From NCBI GenBank assembly GCA_036501425.1, contig DASYAI010000016.1, positions 8,490-72,489 on the forward strand: a DNA stretch of 64,000 nucleotides, written 5' to 3'. Both the position numbers and the translations under genes were made by a program. Positions 49,921 to 59,073 of the stretch are shown here, one piece after another. Origin of the DNA: Acidimicrobiales bacterium. Its GTDB lineage: Bacteria; Actinomycetota; Acidimicrobiia; Acidimicrobiales; RAAP-2. Position 1 is the first letter of the stretch, and each line of letters opens with the position of its first letter. Under the pieces are notes generated by a model. The model did not search any database, had not been told where the DNA came from, and was given only the letters and a program-made list of their open reading frames with translations.

Positions 49921-51332
49921 CGGCGCCCGAGCAGGTCGTGGAAGGCCGTGTAGTTGCCGACGAACTGCACGGTCGGCAGGCGACCGTCCGGCCCCGGGCG
50001 GGTGTCGCGGTCCGCGCAGTCCCCGCCCCAGCCGGGTCCGCCGGCCGCGCCCACGGCTGCCCCGACGTCGGGGACCGTGCGGTGCTCCACCCCGGCGTAG
50101 TGGAGACGGACCGACAGGTCGCTCGCCCGATCCCCGCTCGCCACCACCCGCCGGCCCGCCAGCACCTCGAACGGCACGTCCCACAGCCACGACGGGTCGC
50201 GGCCGTCGGCGACCCGGGCGTTGATCGCCACCACGATCGGCTCGTCGCCCCCTCCGACCAGGTCCAGCAGCTCGGTCCAACCGGCCGGGTTCTTCGCCAG
50301 CAGGAGCCGGACCCGCACCGGACCGAACGACCGCAGGGCGAAGCGCCCGGCGACCTCCGACAGCCCGGCCACGGCGCTCAGCGCGTCCCCGGCGTCGACG
50401 TCGAGGGCTTCGGCCGCCACCACGGCGATCAGGGCGTTGGCTTGGTTGAACCGGCCCGGCAGCTCGAGCTGCAGCGCCCGACGCCGGCCGTCCGCCCACG
50501 CCACGGCGGTCCGGCCGTCGGTGGTCTCGAGCCAGGCATGGGCCGGGGGACGAGCCAGGGCGCACGAGGTGCAGTGCCACCCGCCCGCCACCGGCGGCGA
50601 GGACGAGACGCCGGGGGCGGCGCCCGGACCTGGCCGGTCGGTCGCGAAGGCGATCCGTCCCGAGCAGGCCGGGCACCCCGTAGCGTCGTGGCGCCAGCCG
50701 AGACCGCCGGCCGAGACCCAGAGGTTCCCGGGTCGCCCGGCCGCCCCGAACACCACCAGGGGATCGTCGGCGTTGGCCACGACCCGCACACCTGGGGCGG
50801 ATTCGAGCGCTCCGCGCCAGCGCTCGGCCAGCATCCGCACTTCGTTGGTGCGGTCCAGCTGGTCACGCGAGAGGTTGAGGAGGACCACCATCTCCGGCCG
50901 CAGCTCGGCCACCTGGCGACCGAGGTAGGCCTCGTCGACCTCCAGCACCGCCGGTGCCCCCCGTGGTCCGCCCACCAGGCTGGCCAAGTGCCCGGCCGGC
51001 ATGTTGGCCCCCGTCGCGTTGGTGACCACCCCGGTGCCCGAGGCGGCCAACGCCCGGGCGAGCAGGGCGGTGGTCGTGGTCTTGCCGTTGGTGCCGCTCA
51101 CCAGCACCACCCGGCGGTCCCGGGCGAGGCGCGCCAGGATCGACGGGTCGATGACCAGCCCGATCCGGCCACCGGCCACCGTGCCACCGCCCAGCCCGAG
51201 GCGACGCGAGAGCGCGTTGAGGGCCCGGGTCGCACCGACGGCTGCCGCGCCGCGCAGCCGGACGAGGACGTGCCCGTCGCCCGCCGGCGATCCGGTGCCG
51301 TCGCCGGGGGGGGTGCGCCCAGGACCGGCCAC
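49917..51332 (-). CDS. murT: Lipid II isoglutaminyl synthase, Mur-ligase subunit MurT
   Basis: Track ORF of 471 aa. Motifs: VSGTNGKTTT, LNLSRDQLDR, Cys4 ribbon CPACSG...WHCTSC, and a C-terminal DUF1727-like region (ARVADGRDPSWLWDVPFE). The start (GTG 51332) is uncertain. Confidence 0.82.
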   Translation of the reverse strand: MAGPGRTPPGDGTGSPAGDGHVLVRLRGAAAVGATRALNALSRRLGLGGGTVAGGRIGLVIDPSILARLARDRRVVLVSGTNGKTTTTALLARALAASGTGVVTNATGANMPAGHLASLVGGPRGAPAVLEVDEAYLGRQVAELRPEMVVLLNLSRDQLDRTNEVRMLAERWRGALESAPGVRVVANADDPLVVFGAAGRPGNLWVSAGGLGWRHDATGCPACSGRIAFATDRPGPGAAPGVSSSPPVAGGWHCTSCALARPPAHAWLETTDGRTAVAWADGRRRALQLELPGRFNQANALIAVVAAEALDVDAGDALSAVAGLSEVAGRFALRSFGPVRVRLLLAKNPAGWTELLDLVGGGDEPIVVAINARVADGRDPSWLWDVPFEVLAGRRVVASGDRASDLSVRLHYAGVEHRTVPDVGAAVGAAGGPGWGGDCADRDTRPGPDGRLPTVQFVGNYTAFHDLLGRR

Positions 51333-51490
51333 GCCCGCCGACGATACCCGGCGTCAGCGGCGACCCTCGAAGAACCCCGCGAGGCTCCGGCCGGTCCCCG
51401 CCGCCGGCCCGAGGGGGACCCGATGTGCCCGGACCGCCCGGCGCCCCGGTCGGATCACCGACCAGGGCGACCGGACGGACCCCGGACGCG

Positions 51491-51526
51491 GTGAAGGGAT
51501 CGCCGGGGGGGAGGCGATCCCTTCAC
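51491..51526. other. Perfect 14-bp inverted repeat (GTGAAGGGATCGCC - 8 nt - GGCGATCCCTTCAC)
   Basis: Read directly. It lies in the murT / LysR divergent intergenic region. No gene ends here, so it is not an obvious terminator. Confidence 0.8.
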
Positions 51527-51556
51527 ACGACCAGCGAGGAACGGAGGGGGGGTTCC

Positions 51557-51637
51557 ATGTCCTGCGGTCTGAAACCCATTGTGGAGGACGCGGGGCAATC
51601 TGTCAAGCAGCTTTCGGAGATAGTTCACATCATTTAG
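51557..51637 (+). CDS. Candidate small ORF (26 aa): MSCGLKPIVEDAGQSVKQLSEIVHII
   Basis: ATG 51557 is preceded by GGAGGGGGGG. The codons are AT-rich relative to the genome. The stop TAG lies inside the palindrome upstream of the LysR gene. No homology evidence. Confidence 0.25.
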   Translation: MSCGLKPIVEDAGQSVKQLSEIVHII

Positions 51638-51644
51638 AATGATG
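51628..51644. promoter_or_regulatory. Palindrome CATCATT-TAG-AATGATG (contains a T-N11-A LysR-type box), 41 bp upstream of the LysR start
   Basis: Read directly. TCATTTAGAATGA fits the generic LTTR T-N11-A pattern. Confidence 0.4.
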
Positions 51645-51684
51645 AATCGATGAGCGCCGACAACTGCCCGGATCGCTGAGCGCG

Positions 51685-52695
51685 GTGGACCTCAAACACC
51701 TGCAAGCGTTGATCGGCATCGCCGAGTGCGGGAGCTTTTCGGCCGCCGCCGAGTCGATCGGGACCGTGCAGTCCAACATCTCGGCCCACGTGGCCCGGCT
51801 CGAGCGGGAGCTCGACGTGGTGCTCGTCGACCGGTCGACGGGCCGGCTGACCGAGGAGGGCGAGGTGGTCGTGGCCCGGGCCCGGCGCATGATGGCGGAG
51901 CTGGACGCGATGGCGGCCGACGTCGTCTCGTTGCGCCAAGAGGTCTCGGGAACGGTGCGGGCCGGCATGATCGGCACGACGGGGCGGTGGCTCGTTCCCG
52001 AGCTCTTCGCCCGGCTCCGGGCCCGCCACCCGCACGTCCACCTCAACGTCACCGACGGCTCGAACAGCACGCTCGAGCCCCAGGTCGTCACCGGGCAGCT
52101 GGACCTGGCCGTGGTCAGCCTGCCGGTACGGGGCGACGAGCTGGCGGTCACGCCCCTGTTCGAAGAGGACCTGATGCTCGTCGTGCCCTCGGACCACCCG
52201 TTGGCCCTCGCGGCCCGGCACACCGTGTTCGGCGTCACCGCCGACGGCCGATCGGCGGCTTCCCACGACGATCCCCTTCCCATCTCGGCGCTGGCCGACC
52301 TCGAGCTGCTGCTGCCGATGCCGGGAACGGTCCTGCGCAACGAGATCGACGCGGTGGTGAAGCCGACCGGCATCACGCTGCGGCCCTCGATCGAGCTCGA
52401 CGGCGTGCGGATGCTGGCCTCCCTCACCTTCGACGGGTACGGGCCGTCGATCCTTCCGGCGGCCGCGGTGCCCGAGCACCTGCGCGACCAGTTCCGGCTG
52501 CTGCCCCTCCAGGGTTTCCCGCGCCGGGGCGTCGGGATCGTGGTGCGGAGCCGGGGGATGCCCTCCTCCCCCACCCGGGTGCTCATCGACGTCCTCCACG
52601 AGACCGTGCGCGACTGCAGCAGCATGCCCGGGCTGCACCCGGTCCGATCGGTCGAGGAACGGCGGACCCGGACACCCCGCTCCGCCGCGGTCTGA
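51685..52695 (+). CDS. LysR family transcriptional regulator
   Basis: Track ORF of 336 aa. HTH: LKHLQALIGIAECGSFSAAAESIGTVQSNISAHVARLERELDVVLVDR. A LysR substrate-binding domain follows. Confidence 0.88.
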   Translation: MDLKHLQALIGIAECGSFSAAAESIGTVQSNISAHVARLERELDVVLVDRSTGRLTEEGEVVVARARRMMAELDAMAADVVSLRQEVSGTVRAGMIGTTGRWLVPELFARLRARHPHVHLNVTDGSNSTLEPQVVTGQLDLAVVSLPVRGDELAVTPLFEEDLMLVVPSDHPLALAARHTVFGVTADGRSAASHDDPLPISALADLELLLPMPGTVLRNEIDAVVKPTGITLRPSIELDGVRMLASLTFDGYGPSILPAAAVPEHLRDQFRLLPLQGFPRRGVGIVVRSRGMPSSPTRVLIDVLHETVRDCSSMPGLHPVRSVEERRTRTPRSAAV

Positions 52696-52859
52696 CTCGC
52701 CCCGCCATGGGTCCTCGACGTCTGGTGGAGGTCGATGGTCGGGCACCCCACCTCCACCGCCGCCACCGTGGGGTCCCGGGGGCCGGTAGCGTTCAGCACG
52801 TGCCCGCCAACCCCTCCGACCCGCACCCACCGGCCGGACCATCGCCCGGCGGTCCCCCG

Positions 52860-54392
52860 TTGCGGGGAGCCGACGCCGGGGACGCCGGGCGCCCATTCGG
52901 CGACCTCGACGAGGCCCGGCGCGACGAGCTGCACGCCGCGGTGCTGGAGGCGGCCCAGTCCTTGGGCTGTAGCCACGCCGAGGTGCGCACCGAGCAATTG
53001 CGATCACAGGGCCTGCGCCTTCGCGACGGCCATCTCGAGACCGCGGCCGACGACACCGAGCGGGGCATCGGCGTGCGGGTGGTCTACGACGGCGTGATCG
53101 GGTTCGCCGCCACGGTGGCCACCGACGTCGACGCCGTGGTGGCGCTGGCCTCCCAGGCCGTCCACGGCGCCCGGGTCTGCGCCCGGGCCGCCCCGACACG
53201 GATCGAGCTGGCCCCCCAGCCCTCGCTCGGGCGGGTCCGTTGGGTGGCTCCCCATGCCCTCGACCCGGTGGAGGTGCCGCTGGCCGACAAGGTGTCCCTG
53301 CTCGCCGAATGGAGCCACCGATTGCTGCGGTCATCCAGCGTCGACCACGTCGGCGCGTCGGTGCTGTCGGTGACCGAGGACAAGCACTACGCCGACCTCA
53401 ACGGCACCGTCGCGCTCCAGCGGCGGGTGCGGGTCCACCCGGCCGTCGAGGCGGTCGGGCTGGGGGGCGGCGGATCCGGGTTCGAGACGATGCGCACGCT
53501 GGCCCCGCCGGTGGGGCGGGGATGGGAGTACCTGTTGGGCACCGGTTGGGACTGGGACGCCGAGCTGGCCGAGCTGCCCGAGCTGCTCGCCGCCAAGCTG
53601 GTGGCGCCGTCGGTCGAGCCCGGGTCCTACGACCTGGTCGTCGACCCGACCAACCTGTGGTTGACCATCCACGAGTCCATCGGCCACGCGACCGAGCTCG
53701 ACCGGGCGATGGGCTACGAGGCGGCGTACGCGGGTACCTCCTTCGCCACCCCCGACCGGCTGGGGACGCTTCGCTACGGCTCGCCGCTGCTGGAGGTGAC
53801 CGGCGACCGGACGACCCCCTTCGGGCTGGCGACGGTGGCGGTGGACGACGAGGGCGTGGTTGCCCAGTCCTTCGATCTGGTGCGGGAGGGCACGCTCGTC
53901 GGCTACCAGCTCGACCGGGCCATCGCCGGCACGGCGGGGCTGGGTTCGTCCAACGGGTGCGCGTTCGCCGACTCCCCCCTGCACGTGCCCATGCAGCGGA
54001 TGGCCAACGTCTCGTTGGCCTCGGCGCCCGAGGTGGGCCCGAGCACCGAGGAGCTCATCGGCGGGGTCGACCGGGGCATCTACGTGGTCGGGGACAAGAG
54101 CTGGTCGATCGACATGCAGCGCTACAACTTCCAGTTCACCGGCCAGCGGTTCTTCGCCATCGAGCACGGGGAGGTGACCGGCCAGGTCAAGGACGTGGCC
54201 TACCAAGCCACCACCACCGAGTTCTGGGGTTCGCTCGAGGCGGTGGGCGGTACCGCGACGTACCGCCTCGGTGGCGCGTTCAACTGCGGCAAGGGGCAGC
54301 CCGGCCAGGTGGCGCCGGTCAGTCACGGGTGCCCGTCGGTCCTGGTCCGGTCGGTGAATGTGCTCAACGCCCGGGCCGAGGCCGGACGTTGA
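52860..54392 (+). CDS. tldD: TldD-family metalloprotease
   Basis: C-terminal part of track ORF 51726..54392. Motifs: GIGVRVVYDG, IHESIGHATELD (HExxxH), NCGKGQPGQ. The start is uncertain (TTG 52860 chosen; GTG 52800 is the alternative). Confidence 0.82.
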   Translation: MRGADAGDAGRPFGDLDEARRDELHAAVLEAAQSLGCSHAEVRTEQLRSQGLRLRDGHLETAADDTERGIGVRVVYDGVIGFAATVATDVDAVVALASQAVHGARVCARAAPTRIELAPQPSLGRVRWVAPHALDPVEVPLADKVSLLAEWSHRLLRSSSVDHVGASVLSVTEDKHYADLNGTVALQRRVRVHPAVEAVGLGGGGSGFETMRTLAPPVGRGWEYLLGTGWDWDAELAELPELLAAKLVAPSVEPGSYDLVVDPTNLWLTIHESIGHATELDRAMGYEAAYAGTSFATPDRLGTLRYGSPLLEVTGDRTTPFGLATVAVDDEGVVAQSFDLVREGTLVGYQLDRAIAGTAGLGSSNGCAFADSPLHVPMQRMANVSLASAPEVGPSTEELIGGVDRGIYVVGDKSWSIDMQRYNFQFTGQRFFAIEHGEVTGQVKDVAYQATTTEFWGSLEAVGGTATYRLGGAFNCGKGQPGQVAPVSHGCPSVLVRSVNVLNARAEAGR

Positions 54393-54408
54393 GCACGGAG
54401 GTCCGCCG

Positions 54409-55842
54409 ATGACCCCGGCCCCCGCGGCCGGGTTGCCGGCGCCCCACGAGGTGGTCGAGGCGGCGCTGGACGCCGCGGGGGGCCGTGGCTGCGTGGTCGT
54501 GGTGGAGGAGTCCAACGAGGCCGAGGTCCGCTTTGCCAACAACAGCGTCACCACCAACGGGCTGCGCCGGGACCGCCGGGTGACGGTGGTGAGCTTCGCC
54601 GAGGTGGCGGGGGGCGTGAGCGCGGGCGTGGCCCGCCATGGCGGGGACGTCGACGTCGAGTCCCTGGTGGCCGCGGCCCGCGCCGACGCGCTGGGGTCCG
54701 AGCCGGCCGACGACGCGGCGCCGTTGCTCGGACCCGGTGATGTCGTGGTGCCCGCTGGGGGTCGAGGGGTCCAGCGGTTCGAGGACCCCCCCGGACGCAG
54801 CGATCTCGGAGTGCTCGACGGGGTGCTGAGCGGGCTCGGAGCGGCGTTCGAACGGGCCGGGCGGCCCGGGGTCGACCGGGTCCTGGCCGGGTTCGCCGAG
54901 CACGGGGTCTCCACGGTGTACCTCGGGACCTCGACCGGTGTGCGGCTGGCCCACCGCCAGCCCACCGGAGCCCTTCACCTGGTCGCCCGGAGCCGGGACG
55001 GGAGCCGTTCGGCGTGGGCCGGCCGCGGCACCGAAAGGTTCGCCGACGTGTCGGTCGACGAGCTGGAGGAGCAGCTGGCCGGCCGGCTCGAGGTGGCCCG
55101 GAACCGGATCGACGTGGCCGCCGGGCGCCACCAGACGGTGCTCCCGCCCGAGGCGACCGCCGATCTGATGGTCGCGCTGGTCGAAGCCATGGGAGGCCAG
55201 GACGCCGAGGACGGCCGCACCGTGTTCTCGCGCCGAGGCGGCGGGACGCGGGTGGGCGAGGTCGTGGCTCGTCTGCCGTTCGACCTGCGCAGCGACCCGG
55301 CTGAGGCCGGGCTGGCGTGCACGCCGTTCGTGGTGGCGTCGGCCTCCAGCGCCGAGCAGTCGGTGTTCGACAACGGCCTGCCGCTCGCCCGCACCAACTG
55401 GGTGCGCGCCGGACGGCTCGAGCGGCTGCGCTACCACCGGGCCGGGGCAGCCCGCTCGCAGGTCGAGCCGACCCCACCGATCGACAACGTGACGCTCGAG
55501 CTGCCCGGCGCGACCGGCAGCACCGACGACCTGGTCCGAGGGACCGAACGCGGGTTGCTGGTGACCTGCTTGTGGTACATCCGCGAGGTCGACCCCACCA
55601 CCCTGTTGCTCACCGGGCTGACCCGCGACGGGGTCTACGTCGTCGAGGACGGCCGGGTCGTCGGCGTGGCCAACAACTTCCGCTTCAACGAGAGCCCGCT
55701 CGACCTCCTCGACCGGGCGACCGAGGCCGGAGCATCGGTGCGGGCCCTGGGGCGCGAGTTCGGCGAGTGGCTCAACCGGGCCGCCATGCCCCCCTTGCGG
55801 ATCCCGGACTTCAACATGAGCTCGGTCAGCCAGGCCAGCTGA
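54409..55842 (+). CDS. pmbA: PmbA/TldE-family protein (TldD partner)
   Basis: Track ORF 54358..55842, with the start at ATG 54409 and GGAGG 7 nt upstream. Motifs: EVRFANNSVTTNG and TCLWYIREVDP. Confidence 0.8.
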   Translation: MTPAPAAGLPAPHEVVEAALDAAGGRGCVVVVEESNEAEVRFANNSVTTNGLRRDRRVTVVSFAEVAGGVSAGVARHGGDVDVESLVAAARADALGSEPADDAAPLLGPGDVVVPAGGRGVQRFEDPPGRSDLGVLDGVLSGLGAAFERAGRPGVDRVLAGFAEHGVSTVYLGTSTGVRLAHRQPTGALHLVARSRDGSRSAWAGRGTERFADVSVDELEEQLAGRLEVARNRIDVAAGRHQTVLPPEATADLMVALVEAMGGQDAEDGRTVFSRRGGGTRVGEVVARLPFDLRSDPAEAGLACTPFVVASASSAEQSVFDNGLPLARTNWVRAGRLERLRYHRAGAARSQVEPTPPIDNVTLELPGATGSTDDLVRGTERGLLVTCLWYIREVDPTTLLLTGLTRDGVYVVEDGRVVGVANNFRFNESPLDLLDRATEAGASVRALGREFGEWLNRAAMPPLRIPDFNMSSVSQAS

Positions 55843-55844
55843 CG

Positions 55845-56528
55845 GTGGCCGCGGGACGGCACATCGCCGCCGAGCTCGCCCGGCGCGACCCGGTGGTCTC
55901 GATGCTGGTGGCCACCCACGGCGTGCCACCTACCCGCCGGGCGGTACCGGCCGAGGATCGCTTCGCGGCCCTGGTCCAGGTCATCTGCTCCCAGCAGCTC
56001 GCGGGCAACGCCGCCCGGGCCATCCACGGCCGGTTGGTGGCCGTCCTCGGCGGGGTGGTCACCCCGGCTGCGGTGCTCGCCCGCCCGGCCGGTCAGCTGG
56101 CGGCCGCCGGGCTGAGCGGGGCCAAGGTGGCTGCCGTCCGAGATCTCGCCGATCGGGTCGCCCACGGCCAGGTCGCTCTGGGTCGGATTGGCGGGCTGGA
56201 GGACGAGGCGGTGGTCGAGCACCTCGTACAGGTCCGCGGCGTGGGTCGGTGGACGGCCGAGATCTTCCTGCTGTTCTCGCTCGGTCGCCACGACGTGTGG
56301 CCGGTCGGCGACCTGGGGGTCCGTAGCGGCTACGCCCGGGCGTTCGGGCTGTCCGCCGTCCCGTCGCCGCGCGAGCTCGACTCGATGGCCGACCGGTTCC
56401 GGCCCTACCGCAGCACCCTCGCCTGGTACTGCTGGCGGGTGGTCGACGACCGGGGCCCGCGCGAGCCGGCTCAGCGAACCAGGTCCCGCACCGCCCCGGT
56501 CGCCTCGATGGTGCCCGAGCTCAGATAG
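55845..56528 (+). CDS. HhH-GPD DNA glycosylase (AlkA / 3-methyladenine DNA glycosylase II-like)
   Basis: C-terminal 227 aa of track ORF 55317..56528, from GTG 55845. Motifs: QQLAGNAARAI, VRGVGRWTAEIFLLFSLGRHDVWPVGDLGVRSG (HhH plus catalytic Asp). Confidence 0.75.
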   Translation: MAAGRHIAAELARRDPVVSMLVATHGVPPTRRAVPAEDRFAALVQVICSQQLAGNAARAIHGRLVAVLGGVVTPAAVLARPAGQLAAAGLSGAKVAAVRDLADRVAHGQVALGRIGGLEDEAVVEHLVQVRGVGRWTAEIFLLFSLGRHDVWPVGDLGVRSGYARAFGLSAVPSPRELDSMADRFRPYRSTLAWYCWRVVDDRGPREPAQRTRSRTAPVASMVPELR

Positions 56529-57835
56529 CCGTCGACGTTGGCGGCGATCGAGTCGAGGTCGTAGCGGTAGTTCACCATGATGCCGAAGGAGCGGTCGATC
56601 TCGTAGGGGGCGGGGTTGGCCAGCCAGTTGAGGCGCTCGATCCGGGCCCCGTTGGAGAGGTGGAAGTTGGCGACGGAGTCCGCCGCCCGCTTCCCTCCCT
56701 CGCCGATCAGGTACCGCGCGCACATGGAGAGCAGTCCGGCACGCGGTCCCTCCCCCAACCGGCGCACGGGATCGGGACCGACGAGGTCCGCCGCGAACTG
56801 CAGGTCGTCGCCGAACAGGGCCCGCTCCCCCGGGGTCACGTCGCCGTTGGCCAGGCGCTTTTCGGCCCAGGTCCGGAAGTCGGGGATGGGCGAGAGGGTG
56901 GCGAAGTTGCGGAGGGCCGGCACGTCTCGGCGCAGCTCCTCGACCACGTGCTTGATGAGCTCGTTGCCCAGCTGGATGCCGGCCAGGCCCGGCTGGCAGG
57001 ACGTGATCGAGTAGAAGATGGCGGTGTCGCCTTCGGACACCTCGGCCTCGGTCTCCGCGTGGCCGAGCAGCACCGGCAGGTCGCCGGCGATGCCCCGGGT
57101 CAGGGCCACCTCCACGAAGACCAGGGGCTCGTCGGGCATGGAGGGGTGGATGAACGCGAAGCACCGCTGCGCCCCTTCGAGCCGGTGCTTGAGGTCCTCC
57201 CACGATTCGATCTCGTGCACGGCCTCGTAGGCGATCAGCTTCTCGAGCAGCGCCGCCGGCGAGCGCTCCCAGGTGATGTTCTGCAGCTCGAGCAGGCCGA
57301 CGTCGAAGAGGGTGGAGAGATGTCCCGACAGCTCGTCGTCGAGCCGGCGCAGGGAGGGATCCTGGCCCCGGTAGCCGAGCAGGTCGGCCCGCAGGTCGAT
57401 CAGGAGCTTGACCCCTTCGGGCAGCCCGGTGAAGACGTGGAACAGGCGGGCGTAGCGCGGCGTGAGCACCCGCCGGAGCTCCCGCTCGGCCGCCACCCGG
57501 GCCACCGGGCTGTCGGCGTCCTGCACGGTCTTGATGGCGGCATCGACGGCCGCCGGGTCGGGCGCGAGCTGCTCGGCCATCTGCTCGAAGAACCGCCGCC
57601 GCCCCACCTCGTTCAGCTTGCCGTAGGCCGCCAGAACCGCCGCCGCCATCCGCCGCCGGGTGGCCGGCTCCCGCTGGGCCAGGACCGATTCGAGCGCACT
57701 GCCCAGCCGCTCGGCGTCGCGCGGTCGCATTGCCGGGTCGACGTTGACCTCGTAGGGATCCCGCTTCTCGCGATGGGCCCGGCGGCGCAGGCGCGAGAAC
57801 GACGCGGCGAAGCGGCCCCTGGTTCGTTCCACCAT
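56471..57835 (-). CDS. Malonyl-CoA decarboxylase
   Basis: Track ORF 56471..57877. Motifs: FFEQMAEQL, LLELQNITWERSPAALLEKLIAYEAVHEI, FYSITSCQPGLAGIQLGNELIK, ANFHLSNGA. The start is ATG 57835 or ATG 57877. Confidence 0.82.
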   Translation of the reverse strand: MVERTRGRFAASFSRLRRRAHREKRDPYEVNVDPAMRPRDAERLGSALESVLAQREPATRRRMAAAVLAAYGKLNEVGRRRFFEQMAEQLAPDPAAVDAAIKTVQDADSPVARVAAERELRRVLTPRYARLFHVFTGLPEGVKLLIDLRADLLGYRGQDPSLRRLDDELSGHLSTLFDVGLLELQNITWERSPAALLEKLIAYEAVHEIESWEDLKHRLEGAQRCFAFIHPSMPDEPLVFVEVALTRGIAGDLPVLLGHAETEAEVSEGDTAIFYSITSCQPGLAGIQLGNELIKHVVEELRRDVPALRNFATLSPIPDFRTWAEKRLANGDVTPGERALFGDDLQFAADLVGPDPVRRLGEGPRAGLLSMCARYLIGEGGKRAADSVANFHLSNGARIERLNWLANPAPYEIDRSFGIMVNYRYDLDSIAANVDGYLSSGTIEATGAVRDLVR

Positions 57836-58077
57836 GGCCCGAATCGTAGGCCATGGTGCCTGGTTGTCCCGCATCACGTCGTCCCGGTGCCGCCCGAGCG
57901 GGCCGGGCCGACTCGTTGCCCGAGCGGCGCACCCGGACGGCGGCTACGGTCGACCGAAGGTCCCGACCCGGGACCCTCGGTGGGCGCGCGGGTGCCACCA
58001 CCACCGGCACGGGCAGCGGCACGGGCACCACCACCGGCACCACCACCGGCAAGGACATAGGGCGAAAGGCAGGGTCG

Positions 58078-59073
58078 ATGGACGTCCGCTCGATCGGGAG
58101 CCTGACCGTGTCGGTCGTGGGCCTCGGCTGCAACCAGCTCGGCACCACCTTCGTGGACGACGACGACGTCGATCGGATCGTGGGCGAGGCGATCGAGGCG
58201 GGGATCACCTACTTCGACACCGCCGACGAGTACGGCGCCAACTACGCCGACCCGTCGGACCCCCGGGGATGGGGGCGCTCCGAGGAGCTCCTCGGTCGTG
58301 CCCTCGGCCGCCGGCGCGACCAGGTGGTCGTCGGGTCCAAGTTCGGGGTGGCGCCCCACGGGGACGCCCCGGGCGGTGGCGCCAGCGCCCGGTGGGCCCG
58401 GTCGGCGATCGAGGCGACCCTCCGGCGGCTGGGCACCGACTACGTCGACCTCTACCAGCTGCACTTCCCCGACCCGGCGGTGGGCATCGACGAGACCCTC
58501 GGGGCGCTCGACCAATTGGTGCACGAGGGCAAGGTACGCGAGATCGGGTGTTGCAACTTCTCCGCCGACCAGCTGGCCGAGGCGCACGACGTAGCGAGGG
58601 CCGAGCGCGTCCGACCCTTCGCCAGCATCCAGAGCCCGCTCAACATCTTCCAGCGAGGGGCCCTCGACGAGCTCCTGCCGGCAGCCGGTGAGCTGGGCAT
58701 GAGCTTCATCCCCTACTACCCCCTCGCCAGCGGCATGCTGACCGGCAAGTACCGCCGGGGAGAGCCGGCACCGCAGGGCTCGCGCCTGGCCGACCAGGTG
58801 GGCGACGACGTCCGGTCCCGTCTCCTGTCGGACCGCAACTTCGCCCGGGTCGAGGCGCTGGAGGCCTACGCCCAGGCCCGGGGGCATACCCTGATCGAGC
58901 TGGCCTTCGCCTGGCTGCTCGGCCACGACCCGGTGGCCACCGTCATCGCCGGGGCCTCGCGGCCCGGTCAGGCCGCGACCAACGGGGCCTCCGCCGGATG
59001 GCAGCTCGCTCCGGCCGAGGTGGGCGAGGTGACCGCCCTGGTGGCCTCCGCAGGGCAGGCGGCCCGGTCATGA
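58078..59073 (+). CDS. Aldo/keto reductase
   Basis: Last 331 aa of track ORF 57853..59073, from ATG 58078. Motifs: GLGCNQLG, YFDTADEYG, DLYQLHFPD, GCCNF. Confidence 0.85.
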   Translation: MDVRSIGSLTVSVVGLGCNQLGTTFVDDDDVDRIVGEAIEAGITYFDTADEYGANYADPSDPRGWGRSEELLGRALGRRRDQVVVGSKFGVAPHGDAPGGGASARWARSAIEATLRRLGTDYVDLYQLHFPDPAVGIDETLGALDQLVHEGKVREIGCCNFSADQLAEAHDVARAERVRPFASIQSPLNIFQRGALDELLPAAGELGMSFIPYYPLASGMLTGKYRRGEPAPQGSRLADQVGDDVRSRLLSDRNFARVEALEAYAQARGHTLIELAFAWLLGHDPVATVIAGASRPGQAATNGASAGWQLAPAEVGEVTALVASAGQAARS

